From NCBI GenBank assembly GCA_964589775.1, contig CAZPUN010000059.1:25474-57473 (forward strand): a DNA stretch of 32,000 bases. Direction: 5' to 3'. The translations under genes were made by a program, and so were the position numbers. Positions 1-9,234 of this stretch are shown piece by piece (positions within the stretch are counted from its first letter, which is position 1; each line of letters begins with the position of its first letter). The DNA is from an uncultured archaeon (GTDB lineage: Archaea; Asgardarchaeota; Thorarchaeia; Thorarchaeales; CAZPUN01). The notes beneath the pieces were generated by a model, which saw only the letters and a program-made list of their open reading frames with translations, searched no databases and had not been told where the DNA came from.

Positions 1-48
1 GAACAATTAATCGAGGCGATTAGAAAATTATTCAAAAGAAGAAGATAA
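1..48 (+). CDS. 3' end of a gene entering from the left edge (EQLIEAIRKLFKRRR*)
   Basis: Frame 1 is open from base 1 to TAA at 46-48 and is followed by an AT-rich spacer. Too short to assign. Confidence 0.55.
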   Translation, partial: EQLIEAIRKLFKRRR

Positions 49-132
49 ATAAAATACACATACCGAACACTTAATAAGAACTAATTTAACTTTTTTTATT
101 TCAAAAGTCGCCCCATGAATTGGTGAGAAAAA

Positions 133-1830
133 TTGGCATTTGATCCCACAAACCCACTGATTATCCAGAGCGACCGCTCAATTCTTTTAGAAGTTGATAA
201 TCCAAAATTTGAAGAGGCTAGAGACTTCTTGAGTAGGTTTGCAGAAATAATAAAGAGCCCGGAATATGTGCATACATATAGTATAACACCACTGTCATTA
301 TGGAATGCAGCATCTGCAGGAATGACTGCAGAAGAGATTATTGAAGGCCTAAAGAAATTTTCCAAGTATCCGGTCCCATCAAATGTAATACGAGATATAA
401 AGGACTATATTTCTAGATATGGTCGTGTAAAGATCATAAAAGAAAATGATGAATTTTACCTGAAATGTGACTCGGAAGTCCTAGCAGATGAAATTTGGTC
501 AAATAAAAAGACCAGACAATATCTTATCGAGAGAATTGATGATATTACATTCATTTTCGATGAAGGCGACCGAGGCTTCTTAAAACAAGCACTTGTTGAA
601 ATCGGATATCCAGCAGAAGATCTCGCAGGATATGTTGAAGGCGAATATTTAGATATTGAATTGAGAAAAATCACTCGCTCTGGAAAACCATTCGAACTTA
701 GAGATTATCAAAAAGAAGCTGCAGAAGCGTTCTATGCAGGGGGTAGCGTACATGGTGGAAGTGGGGTCATCGTATTACCATGTGGAGCAGGTAAAACAAT
801 TGTGGGTCTTGCAGCAATGGCGCTAGTCAAATCATCAACTTTAATTTTAGCAACAAACTTGGTAGCTGTACGCCAATGGATTTCAGAAATAATTGATAAG
901 ACCACAATAGATCCAAGCCTTGTAGGAGAATATTCTGGCGAAAAGAAGGAAATAAAACCCATAACGGTGGTTACATATCAGGTATTGACGTATCACTCTT
1001 CTAAAGACTCACCATTCGAACACTTGGACATATTTATGGCACGAAATTGGGGACTGATAATTTACGATGAAGTTCATGTATTACCGGCGCCTATTTTTAG
1101 AGCAACAGCAAAAATACAGGCAACTAGAAGATTAGGATTAACTGCCACACTTATTCGAGAGGATGGACGAGAAAGTGATGTGTTTTCCCTGATCGGGCCT
1201 AAGAAATTCGATAAGCCATGGAAAACCCTTGAGAATCAAGGATGGATTGCAGAAGCAATTTGTCACGAAATTAGAGTCGAATTACCTGATGAACTGTTAC
1301 GTAAGTATGCAGTGGCGGATGATAGAAACAAATATAGGATTGCAGCAGAGAATCCCGAAAAAATCAAAATTGTCAAAAAAATACTTGAAAAGCACAAAAA
1401 AGACAATATTCTCATTATAGGTTTATATTTATCTCAATTAAGACAAATTGCAAAAGAAATCAATGCCCCGATAATTACAGGAAAAACACCACAAAAGGAG
1501 AGATTGGAATTATTCAAACAATTTAGAGAAGGAAAAATAAAGGTTTTAGTAGTATCAAAAGTCGCAAATTTTGCAATAGATCTACCAGATGCAAATGTTG
1601 CAATCCAAATATCAGGAACATTCGGTTCCAGACAAGAAGAAGCACAAAGACTTGGTCGTATACTTAGACCCAAAGAAGATGGCAGCCAAGCACACTTTTA
1701 TTCAATTGTCACTAAAGATACAAAAGATATGGACTTTGCAGCGAAAAGACAATTATTCCTCACTGAACAAGGATATCAATACATTATTCAAGATCCTGAA
1801 GCATTATTTGGTGAAGTTGAAGAATCTTAA
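133..1830 (+). CDS. xpb: XPB/Ssl2/Rad25-family SF2 DNA helicase/translocase with N-terminal XPB-NTD (Helicase_C_3) domain
   Basis: Walker A LPCGAGKT, DEVH, LGLTAT, the XPB RED motif (LIREDG), QEEAQRLGRILR and C-terminal RQLFLTEQGY. N-terminal FLSRFAE..SPEYVHTY.ITPLSLWNA domain. GGTGA SD at 122-126 before the TTG start. Confidence 0.95.
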   Translation: MAFDPTNPLIIQSDRSILLEVDNPKFEEARDFLSRFAEIIKSPEYVHTYSITPLSLWNAASAGMTAEEIIEGLKKFSKYPVPSNVIRDIKDYISRYGRVKIIKENDEFYLKCDSEVLADEIWSNKKTRQYLIERIDDITFIFDEGDRGFLKQALVEIGYPAEDLAGYVEGEYLDIELRKITRSGKPFELRDYQKEAAEAFYAGGSVHGGSGVIVLPCGAGKTIVGLAAMALVKSSTLILATNLVAVRQWISEIIDKTTIDPSLVGEYSGEKKEIKPITVVTYQVLTYHSSKDSPFEHLDIFMARNWGLIIYDEVHVLPAPIFRATAKIQATRRLGLTATLIREDGRESDVFSLIGPKKFDKPWKTLENQGWIAEAICHEIRVELPDELLRKYAVADDRNKYRIAAENPEKIKIVKKILEKHKKDNILIIGLYLSQLRQIAKEINAPIITGKTPQKERLELFKQFREGKIKVLVVSKVANFAIDLPDANVAIQISGTFGSRQEEAQRLGRILRPKEDGSQAHFYSIVTKDTKDMDFAAKRQLFLTEQGYQYIIQDPEALFGEVEES

Positions 1831-2663
1831 TGATTCAATTCTTTTTCAATTTCCTTTAATTGCATATTAATATAAGACTTGAATGCCGCAGCATATTCGG
1901 GATTCAATCCTAAAGCAACCATAAATTCAGTCCATAATATATTTGCAACGCGTACAAATACAGATATTTTCTTAGCATGTGTGATCAATGACTCGGATAT
2001 CACATTTCTAAGACATGATAATTTTTCCAAATTTAAATTATGCTCAACGATTAAATTCGCAAGATCAAATGATAAATCACCAATACCCGCATATTCCCAA
2101 TCGATCAGAAATATATACTTTTTAGACTGAACAATCAAGTTTTCAAAACGAAAATCACCGTGAACTAATTTACTAGATGATGCATTTGAAAGTGTTGATA
2201 ACAAATCATGTAAAGGCGCGATATATTTGGACACTGATGAGGCGTAGCCATTTTTCTTCAATAAATTAATACGCTCTACAATGAATTTTTCAAAATATGA
2301 TTCTAAATCATACTTTATCGTTGCCTGTTTTAAATTGATCTTTTGTAGATATCCAAGCAAGTTACATATCAGGTGTGGTTCGAGATTTAGTGCTTTAATA
2401 GGTATTCCGGGGAGATATTCAAGCCATAAAACAGGAAGAGAAAAAGATTCCTCATCAAAGAAAATAACTTTGGGCGAAACGTAAGAGCCTTCTATTTGTT
2501 TTAAAATAGCATATTCGTTGTACGTGTTATCTACAAAATGTTCATGAATTGGCACTTTAACGACAAACTTATGATAATTTGTAATCACCAAATAATTAAT
2601 GTGCATATATCCACCTAAGCGCCCAAACTTTATTACGGGCTCATTAAATATTTTTTCAGACAT
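1827..2663 (-). CDS. aminoglycoside phosphotransferase / choline kinase (APH) family protein
   Basis: VVKVP lysine, Brenner motif HGDFRFEN, IDWEY and GDLSFDLA. Start at ATG 2663 (MSEKIF) is preferred over the track's 2747, but the start is uncertain. Confidence 0.8.
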   Translation of the reverse strand: MSEKIFNEPVIKFGRLGGYMHINYLVITNYHKFVVKVPIHEHFVDNTYNEYAILKQIEGSYVSPKVIFFDEESFSLPVLWLEYLPGIPIKALNLEPHLICNLLGYLQKINLKQATIKYDLESYFEKFIVERINLLKKNGYASSVSKYIAPLHDLLSTLSNASSSKLVHGDFRFENLIVQSKKYIFLIDWEYAGIGDLSFDLANLIVEHNLNLEKLSCLRNVISESLITHAKKISVFVRVANILWTEFMVALGLNPEYAAAFKSYINMQLKEIEKELNH

Positions 2664-2796
2664 TCTTACAAAGTATGAGACTATTTTCTTAAACATAATA
2701 ATCACTATTACGCAAAGCCTTATTATTAAATAGATGGATTCTAACAAAAAATATTATATGCATAAGAATTGCGTTTGAATATGGTGAGATATCTTC

Positions 2797-3078
2797 ATGA
2801 AAGGCCCGGATATTTTGAAAACATGCGCACTACCATTCAGGAGATACGGAGATAAAATCACAGAGGACCAGTTTGTATATCATCTCTCATTTACTCTAAA
2901 ACTAGCACCACCAAGTAAAATACGCCAACTCCTGTATATTGCAATAAAAGAGAAAGAAATAATAAAAGTTGAAAATGAATATATGGTACCTGTATTTCAA
3001 CCACATATTCTTCGTATTCCGTTCAATTATGCACCAACTTTTGACTTCGGAAAAGAGGTCCCACAATATTATTCTTAG
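2797..3078 (+). CDS. DUF2240-like archaeal protein (short, N-terminal portion only)
   Basis: ALPFRR..G..I....F...LSF....PP.....L..A pattern and IPFNYAP recall DUF2240. GGTGA SD upstream. Confidence 0.6.
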   Translation: MKGPDILKTCALPFRRYGDKITEDQFVYHLSFTLKLAPPSKIRQLLYIAIKEKEIIKVENEYMVPVFQPHILRIPFNYAPTFDFGKEVPQYYS

Positions 3079-4199
3079 TTAGATGTAGATTTTATGAATT
3101 GTTCGTATGCATATGCAGTCGAAATCAATAAGTGCATCAGGTGTATATCTGGATATTTTCCTTTAACTAATTCAAATTCACGCTCACTAGTTATATCTAG
3201 GATTTTCATTTTTAGATCTCGTGGGAATGATGAATTAAGGATCATTTCTGCAAATGCTTGTATTATTTGTTCGGGGGAATACTGTTCAATCGCAATCAAC
3301 TTGCGAATTTCTTTCATAGTAGTCGCGAATTTTTTAGAAAGCGTTTGCTCAAATAAATTCTTTAATTTAAACTGTAAATCTTGCTCATGAATCGAATATA
3401 GAAGGTCTTCTGTTATATGTTTAGACTTTAGAGATGCAACTTGCAAATATGTAATTGCAAGCTTCAAATCACCATTTGAGAGCCAGTGTAGCGCATTTAG
3501 TGCGCCTTTTTCAAACTGTATTTTTTCTTTTTGCGATACACTTGCGAAAAATTTCTCAAAATCATCAATAGTTAATTTTTCAAAAGAAATAATAGAACAA
3601 CGCGAACGAATAGGTGTAATTATCCCTGCAAGAGATGAGGATACAAATACAAATCTACAAACAGAACTATATTTTTCAATAACCCGGCGCAGCCCATGTT
3701 GCATGGACCGCGTTAGTAAATCCGCATCGCGTAAGATTAGAATTTTAAATGGAGCATCACCAAGGATCTGCTCACTTGCAAATAGTCTAATAGCACCAAG
3801 TAAAATATCCTTCTTATTGGGGTTTCGCGATATTCCTTGTGATTTTAAATTATTCAAAACATCAATATAAACTCGCGATAAGTACTTTTCTGTGCGAGTG
3901 TATTTTCTGGAATCAGCTGCCATCTTATCAAGTGATTTTTTCATAACAGTTAAGGTTGTTCGTAATATATCAGAGACATTTAATTCAAGAATGTAATCAT
4001 TATATGACTCACCCAAAATTTCCCGCGCAGTAAGTAACAACATGCTTGTTTTAAGAGAACCACGAGGACCAACTAATAACAAATGTGGTAGAGTCTTTTG
4101 CCGAATATAACCTTGAAATATTTCAATATTAGAAGAATTACCAACAACTTCATTCCAATTTTGAGGGCGATATTTTTCGATCCATAATGGGGAGTCCAT
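3075..4199 (-). CDS. replication factor C small-subunit paralog with degenerate ATPase motifs and an internal insert
   Basis: WIEKYRP, LPHLLLVGPRG, ILELNVSD, FKILIL.DAD.LT...QHGLRRVIEKYS, IITPIRSRC and GDLKLAI..LQ, plus a C-terminal collar domain. Confidence 0.9.
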   Translation of the reverse strand: MDSPLWIEKYRPQNWNEVVGNSSNIEIFQGYIRQKTLPHLLLVGPRGSLKTSMLLLTAREILGESYNDYILELNVSDILRTTLTVMKKSLDKMAADSRKYTRTEKYLSRVYIDVLNNLKSQGISRNPNKKDILLGAIRLFASEQILGDAPFKILILRDADLLTRSMQHGLRRVIEKYSSVCRFVFVSSSLAGIITPIRSRCSIISFEKLTIDDFEKFFASVSQKEKIQFEKGALNALHWLSNGDLKLAITYLQVASLKSKHITEDLLYSIHEQDLQFKLKNLFEQTLSKKFATTMKEIRKLIAIEQYSPEQIIQAFAEMILNSSFPRDLKMKILDITSEREFELVKGKYPDIHLMHLLISTAYAYEQFIKSTSN

Positions 4200-4358
4200 T
4201 TGAAATTCCTCATCAATTTAGGTGACATTTTAATATTTGAGATTTCTGTTTGATAGCCGATTCCATAGAATTAATATGTATATTTTTGATTGAAGTCTAG
4301 AATTAAACATAAGAATTTCAGCTATAGGATTTTTATGCGTGCAGGGTAGGTATTAATA

Positions 4359-6071
4359 ATGGAACTTGACAAGACCTTAAGAAGGGAACTTGAATATATT
4401 TCTCGTGATGATCTAATGAAAGCTGCTCTATTATGGGGCATAGATTTCAAAAATAAAAAATTTTCAGATAATTTGTTAGACCTTCTCGCCGTTGAAATGA
4501 GCAAAGAAGAAAAAATCCACAAGATAATCAACGATCTAGATGATTTAGAACGTGATTTTTTAGGCTTATTGCTATTAAATAGAGGTGCAATGATACAACG
4601 AGAGTTGAGGGTTTTTGCACGTAAGTACAGTTCAGGTAAACTTACTGCAACAGAAAAATCATTGAGAAACAAAGGATTAATATATCGTCGTATTATACCT
4701 ACAAGAACCGAATATGTATCAAGCTCCGTAGAATACCGTATAATATCAAAATTTGTGCCATATTTAACTGAATTATTAGAAAAATACCCTGCAGAAGAAG
4801 ACGTCACTGAGAAAATAGATAATGTAGACTCCCAAGGAAATAGTATGCTTGTAGATATTCTTCAATTTGCTTCATACATTGATAAAAATAAAATCAAGTT
4901 AAGTATGAGCTTTGAGTATCCTAAAAAGCACTTGGATAAAATAAAATCAATTCTGAGTGATCCATCCGATGAAAGATTTGAAAAAGTAGATAGATATTCA
5001 CGAAGGGCTGAAGTCTATTATGTGGATAACAAAAACTACATAAATTTAGGAGATGTACTGGGTATCTTTTCTGGGCCTCAAGAATTTGTTACACTACGAT
5101 TTATCAAAGAATATTTAGGAAGATCCCGATCATCTTGGTCAGCAGATGAAACTTCATCAGAACAGTTCTTGAATATAATCGTATGTAGATTAAGACAAAA
5201 AACAGATACATGGATGACAATAGATGGTCTTGTAAAATGGATTAAAGCTGAAATATTTAGGGCTAAGGAAGGAAGACTTTGGATTCAAATACAAAAAATG
5301 AGAATAATTGAGGCATTAAAGTTATTCTATGATTTCGGAATTGTAGAATATGGATATAAAAATGGTGAGCTATTTGCCATAAGAGTGACTGATTTTGGTA
5401 AAAATGTATTATTTGAAAAAGCAGACCCATCAAAAACTGGACGACAAGATGGCTTTATTGTCAGACCAGACTTTGAAATTATTGTTTTTTCGAATGAAAT
5501 AGATCTAGCAATCCAATTTTTACTTGCGAGATTTACTGAACCAACCCGTACAGATGTTGTTTGCAGTTATAAATTAACAGAGGACACCGTATTTGGTGCA
5601 ATTGAACAAGGTATTAGTGTACAAAACATTCTAACCTTCTTGAAAAAACATAGTAGAAAACCAATTCCAGATAATGTCAAAAGAACAATTGAGGGATGGG
5701 CTTCAAGAGCACTTTCGGCAAAAATTTCTACAGTAACATTATTAGAAACAGATTCAGAGCGAGATATGATTAATATTTTGAGCTTTCCATTTATGAAAAA
5801 CTATTTCGTACGAAAGATTTCACCAACCGCAATAATAATTCAAGGAGACATAAACGCACTGTCAAAAGAACTAAGGAAAAAGAAATGCTCCATAAACTTA
5901 CCAGAAGAAGAAACCTCACGAATGAAGATTATTGCATATACACCTAGAAAATACACACGAGAAAACAGAAGCTCAATTCCGGAATCATGCAGAGATTGTC
6001 CAGCAGCAGATAGTTGTTTCTTAATATACAAAAAGGACAAATCATGGAACCGATTTATGCATATATATTAA
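4359..6071 (+). CDS. XPB-partner protein with helicase-associated (Helicase_C_3 / p52 clutch-like) domain and C-terminal CxxCx5C motif
   Basis: GFIVRPDFEII...LLARFTE...SYKLTEDTVFGAIEQGISVQNILTFLKKHS..PIPDNV..TIEGW aligns by eye with the XPB N-terminus in this window. No Walker motifs. Ends with CRDCPAADSC. Confidence 0.85.
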   Translation: MELDKTLRRELEYISRDDLMKAALLWGIDFKNKKFSDNLLDLLAVEMSKEEKIHKIINDLDDLERDFLGLLLLNRGAMIQRELRVFARKYSSGKLTATEKSLRNKGLIYRRIIPTRTEYVSSSVEYRIISKFVPYLTELLEKYPAEEDVTEKIDNVDSQGNSMLVDILQFASYIDKNKIKLSMSFEYPKKHLDKIKSILSDPSDERFEKVDRYSRRAEVYYVDNKNYINLGDVLGIFSGPQEFVTLRFIKEYLGRSRSSWSADETSSEQFLNIIVCRLRQKTDTWMTIDGLVKWIKAEIFRAKEGRLWIQIQKMRIIEALKLFYDFGIVEYGYKNGELFAIRVTDFGKNVLFEKADPSKTGRQDGFIVRPDFEIIVFSNEIDLAIQFLLARFTEPTRTDVVCSYKLTEDTVFGAIEQGISVQNILTFLKKHSRKPIPDNVKRTIEGWASRALSAKISTVTLLETDSERDMINILSFPFMKNYFVRKISPTAIIIQGDINALSKELRKKKCSINLPEEETSRMKIIAYTPRKYTRENRSSIPESCRDCPAADSCFLIYKKDKSWNRFMHIY

Positions 6072-6162
6072 TAAAACACATTTGAAAGGCAAAAGCTTTT
6101 TTACATATTATTTTTTGATATGATTCAAAAACACTTACAACATAGGTGGTGTTGCTAAGAAT

Positions 6163-6999
6163 ATGACTTCAAAATTTGTAAAATTTATTCAGGAATATCG
6201 ATATAAAATGGCGACACTTCCAATGCTAGTAGCATTTGGAACAATATTTTTCAGACAAGAGATATGGTTTAATGGCGTCGGATTAGGATTAATTATTGCC
6301 AGCTTAACGTTACATGGCATTTATCCTCTTGACGATTATATGGAAGGCAAACGTTCAGACTTACCAAAAACAGCAATATGGATGATTATAGCATCATTTG
6401 TATTAGTTCCAGTAATTGTAGCAATTGCACAAGTATTATGGTTAACACCTGGCGCAACACTACTAGAAATACTCTTTTCAGTTGGAGAATTACCATTATG
6501 TCTTGCATTTATGATGGTTGGCTTTTATATGACTGAAGCAACAGAGTATTTTGGAAGAAATCCTCTAACCGAACGTATTGAAAATGTTGGCGATTTACTA
6601 TTCTATGGTGGTCCAATATTCTTCATAGGACACGTTTGGAGCTTACTCATACCTGCGCTTTTACTCTGTATAGGAATCGATTCTATTCATAAAATAGCCC
6701 ATAATGAAACATCAAGCGAAACAATCTCATGGATCTGTTATTTCTTATTCCCACTAACTGCGCCCCTATTCTATAACATGACAGAAATAATGGCTATTGC
6801 ATTATTATCAATTCCTGCATTTGGACTATATGCATATATTAGACCGCAATATACAAAATGGCTTGCAGTACATTCAATTTCATTTGCACTGATTTTACTA
6901 TTTGTCGTAATTCTATCATTATTTGGAATTCAAACACCGTTATGGTTTGAAGCAGTCCCTGATGTGCCGATACCTGATAAATTATTACCATGGTTCTGA
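6163..6999 (+). CDS. polytopic membrane protein (about 8 TM), possibly divergent UbiA-like
   Basis: Many hydrophobic segments. Acidic LDDYMEG loop after the second helix. GGTGGTG SD-like site upstream. Confidence 0.65.
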   Translation: MTSKFVKFIQEYRYKMATLPMLVAFGTIFFRQEIWFNGVGLGLIIASLTLHGIYPLDDYMEGKRSDLPKTAIWMIIASFVLVPVIVAIAQVLWLTPGATLLEILFSVGELPLCLAFMMVGFYMTEATEYFGRNPLTERIENVGDLLFYGGPIFFIGHVWSLLIPALLLCIGIDSIHKIAHNETSSETISWICYFLFPLTAPLFYNMTEIMAIALLSIPAFGLYAYIRPQYTKWLAVHSISFALILLFVVILSLFGIQTPLWFEAVPDVPIPDKLLPWF

Positions 7000-7012
7000 A
7001 AAGTAAAAATGA

Positions 7013-7044
7013 CCGGCGAATCGCCGGATCTTCTTTTTATTTTA
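7013..7044. terminator. GC-rich inverted repeat with T-tract between convergent genes
   Basis: ccggcga-a-tcgccgg (7013-7027) followed by ttctttttatttt, with an A-rich tract on the other side. Confidence 0.7.
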
Positions 7045-7281
7045 TTCAACTTTTGGCTCTTTAGGAGGACGCCCTCGACTGTATATGCTGGTATCCATGC
7101 CTTTCGTTTTGCTAAGGATCATATAATATCCAATGATTTGTAGCACAACTGAAAATTCTCCAGCACTAGCAACTTTGATCAAAGCCTCATGTGTAGTTAA
7201 TCCGTACAATGGAATCACTGCATATAATATGGCTTGAATTATAATGGAGATCAGTAAAATCCATGTCCATTTTTCGCGCAT
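7042..7281 (-). CDS. small two-TM membrane protein (79 aa, MREKWTWILL...)
   Basis: Two hydrophobic helices and a basic tail. ATG at 7281 is preceded by a GGTG SD, so it is preferred over the track start at 7380. Confidence 0.65.
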   Translation of the reverse strand: MREKWTWILLISIIIQAILYAVIPLYGLTTHEALIKVASAGEFSVVLQIIGYYMILSKTKGMDTSIYSRGRPPKEPKVE

Positions 7282-7578
7282 TTCATAACACCGATTTATT
7301 TCCATATATACATGCTTATTTATTTTTCTAGTGATTAACTGCAGAAGTGTAAAATAATATTTGATAAAAGACAAAATCAAATGATATGTTTATACATTCA
7401 AACAAAAACGAATGCAAGAATAATATTTCAAAAAAAATAGCCTGAAAAAATGTAACAAATCCGCACCAATAAATTATTAATTTCGAAAATAAAAAATAGG
7501 CAATACAATAAACATAAATGTAAATTTTGCACACGAAAATAGATGACGATGGAGGAATCGTCGGGAAGTGTGATAGAT

Positions 7579-8940
7579 ATGCCAGAAGAAAAGAAACTTA
7601 CGAAAGAAGAGCTTTTGAAAAAAGCAGAAAAACCATCTCATGATGCTATGATTTTACATCCATTTTATCAAGGAAAGATCCAAATGGTGCCAAAGTGCCC
7701 TGTAAGGTCTCTGTCTGACTTTTCAATTTGGTATACACCTGGTGTAGCTGCACCTTGTAGAGCAATCCACAAAAATAAGGCAGATGTATATAAATACACA
7801 AATAAAGGGAATACCGTTGCTGTGGTAAGCGACGGAACTAGAGTACTAGGCTTAGGCGATATTGGTCCAGAGGCAGGACTACCGGTTATGGAAGGAAAAG
7901 CACTAATTTTCAAATATCTTGGTGGTGTCGACGCAGTTCCAATTGTTATAGATACAAAAGATCCTGATGAACTAATCCGCACAGTACGTCTATTACAGCC
8001 CTCATTTGGTGGTATTAACTTAGAAGACATCAGCAAACCAAAATGTTACAAAGTCCTTGATGAATTAAGAAAACAAATGGATATTCCTGTATGGCACGAT
8101 GATGCTCAAGGAACTGCTACAGTTATATTAGCTGGCGTTTTTGGTGCGCTCAAAGTTGTAAAGAAGAAAATTGAGGAATCTGTATTTACACTATTAGGAG
8201 CCGGAGCTGCAAATACGAGAACTGCGTACTTATTGATTGCAGCAGGTGCAGATCCTGGCAATATAAGAATGGTAGATCGCAAAGGACTCATATACAAAGG
8301 TAGAGAAGATATCGTTGAGCAGAAAGACTACGACCCATACAAATATGATTTGTCACTAAAGACAAATAAAGATCAAATGACTGGAACTCTTAAGGATGCA
8401 ATGGAAGGCGCAGACTTCATAATATCAGCATCAACACCAGAACCCGGAACAATTAAGAAGGAATGGATTGGATTAATGAATAAGGATCCTGTAGTTTTCG
8501 CATGTGCAAATCCATTACCTGAAATATGGCCATGGGATGCAAAAGAAGGCGGCGCACGTGTTGTAGGAACTGGAAGAGGAGACTTTCCAAATCAAGTAAA
8601 CAATAGTTTGGGATTCCCAGGTATTTTCCGTGGTGCATTAGATGTACAGGCGAAGACAATTACTGATGAAATGTGTATTGCAGCAGCAAAAGCACTAGTT
8701 AAAGTTGCAGAAATGCATGGACTAAGCGAAGATTATGTCTTGCCAAACATGGAGCAGTGGGAAGTATATCCAGAAGAAGCAGTAGCAGTAGGTATGATGG
8801 CAATCGAACAGGGAATCGCACGAGTAGAGATGGAAGAGAAAGAACTCAGAAAAATTGCCGAACAACGTATTCGTCATGCAAGAAACATGACACAAAGCTT
8901 GATGAAAAACGAATTCATTCCACCACCTCCAGAACTTTAA
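7579..8940 (+). CDS. mae: NAD(P)-dependent malic enzyme (short archaeal/bacterial type)
   Basis: YTPGVA, VSDGTRVLGLGDIG, PVMEGKA, INLEDI, WHDDAQGT, GAGAA, ANPLPEI and TGRGDFPNQVNNSLGFPGIFRG. Start is either 7579 or 7543. Confidence 0.95.
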   Translation: MPEEKKLTKEELLKKAEKPSHDAMILHPFYQGKIQMVPKCPVRSLSDFSIWYTPGVAAPCRAIHKNKADVYKYTNKGNTVAVVSDGTRVLGLGDIGPEAGLPVMEGKALIFKYLGGVDAVPIVIDTKDPDELIRTVRLLQPSFGGINLEDISKPKCYKVLDELRKQMDIPVWHDDAQGTATVILAGVFGALKVVKKKIEESVFTLLGAGAANTRTAYLLIAAGADPGNIRMVDRKGLIYKGREDIVEQKDYDPYKYDLSLKTNKDQMTGTLKDAMEGADFIISASTPEPGTIKKEWIGLMNKDPVVFACANPLPEIWPWDAKEGGARVVGTGRGDFPNQVNNSLGFPGIFRGALDVQAKTITDEMCIAAAKALVKVAEMHGLSEDYVLPNMEQWEVYPEEAVAVGMMAIEQGIARVEMEEKELRKIAEQRIRHARNMTQSLMKNEFIPPPPEL

Positions 8941-9234
8941 AACATTTTTTCTTCTCTCTTTTTTATAACAATAATAGGTTCATAAATCCATAAAATCAGT
9001 ATTTTAAATACATTAAATTATATTATTATAATATTCATTTAAATCATATAAACTGGGATTTGATTTGAAACATTGATAGTAATACTTCGATTATGATACA
9101 AAGGCATATTCGTTTGGTAAAAATTCCGAACCTTAGAACAAATCTCATGAGAACTCTGAATAAAGAGCATTAAAGAATACTTTCGGATTACTCTCTTGTG
9201 GAGTTTATATATGATTTTTTTGTAGAAGTTTACG

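Noticed and set aside
3850-3970. Insert in the RFC-like protein as an intein
   Set aside because: It is far too short and lacks the Cys/Ser start and His-Asn end motifs.
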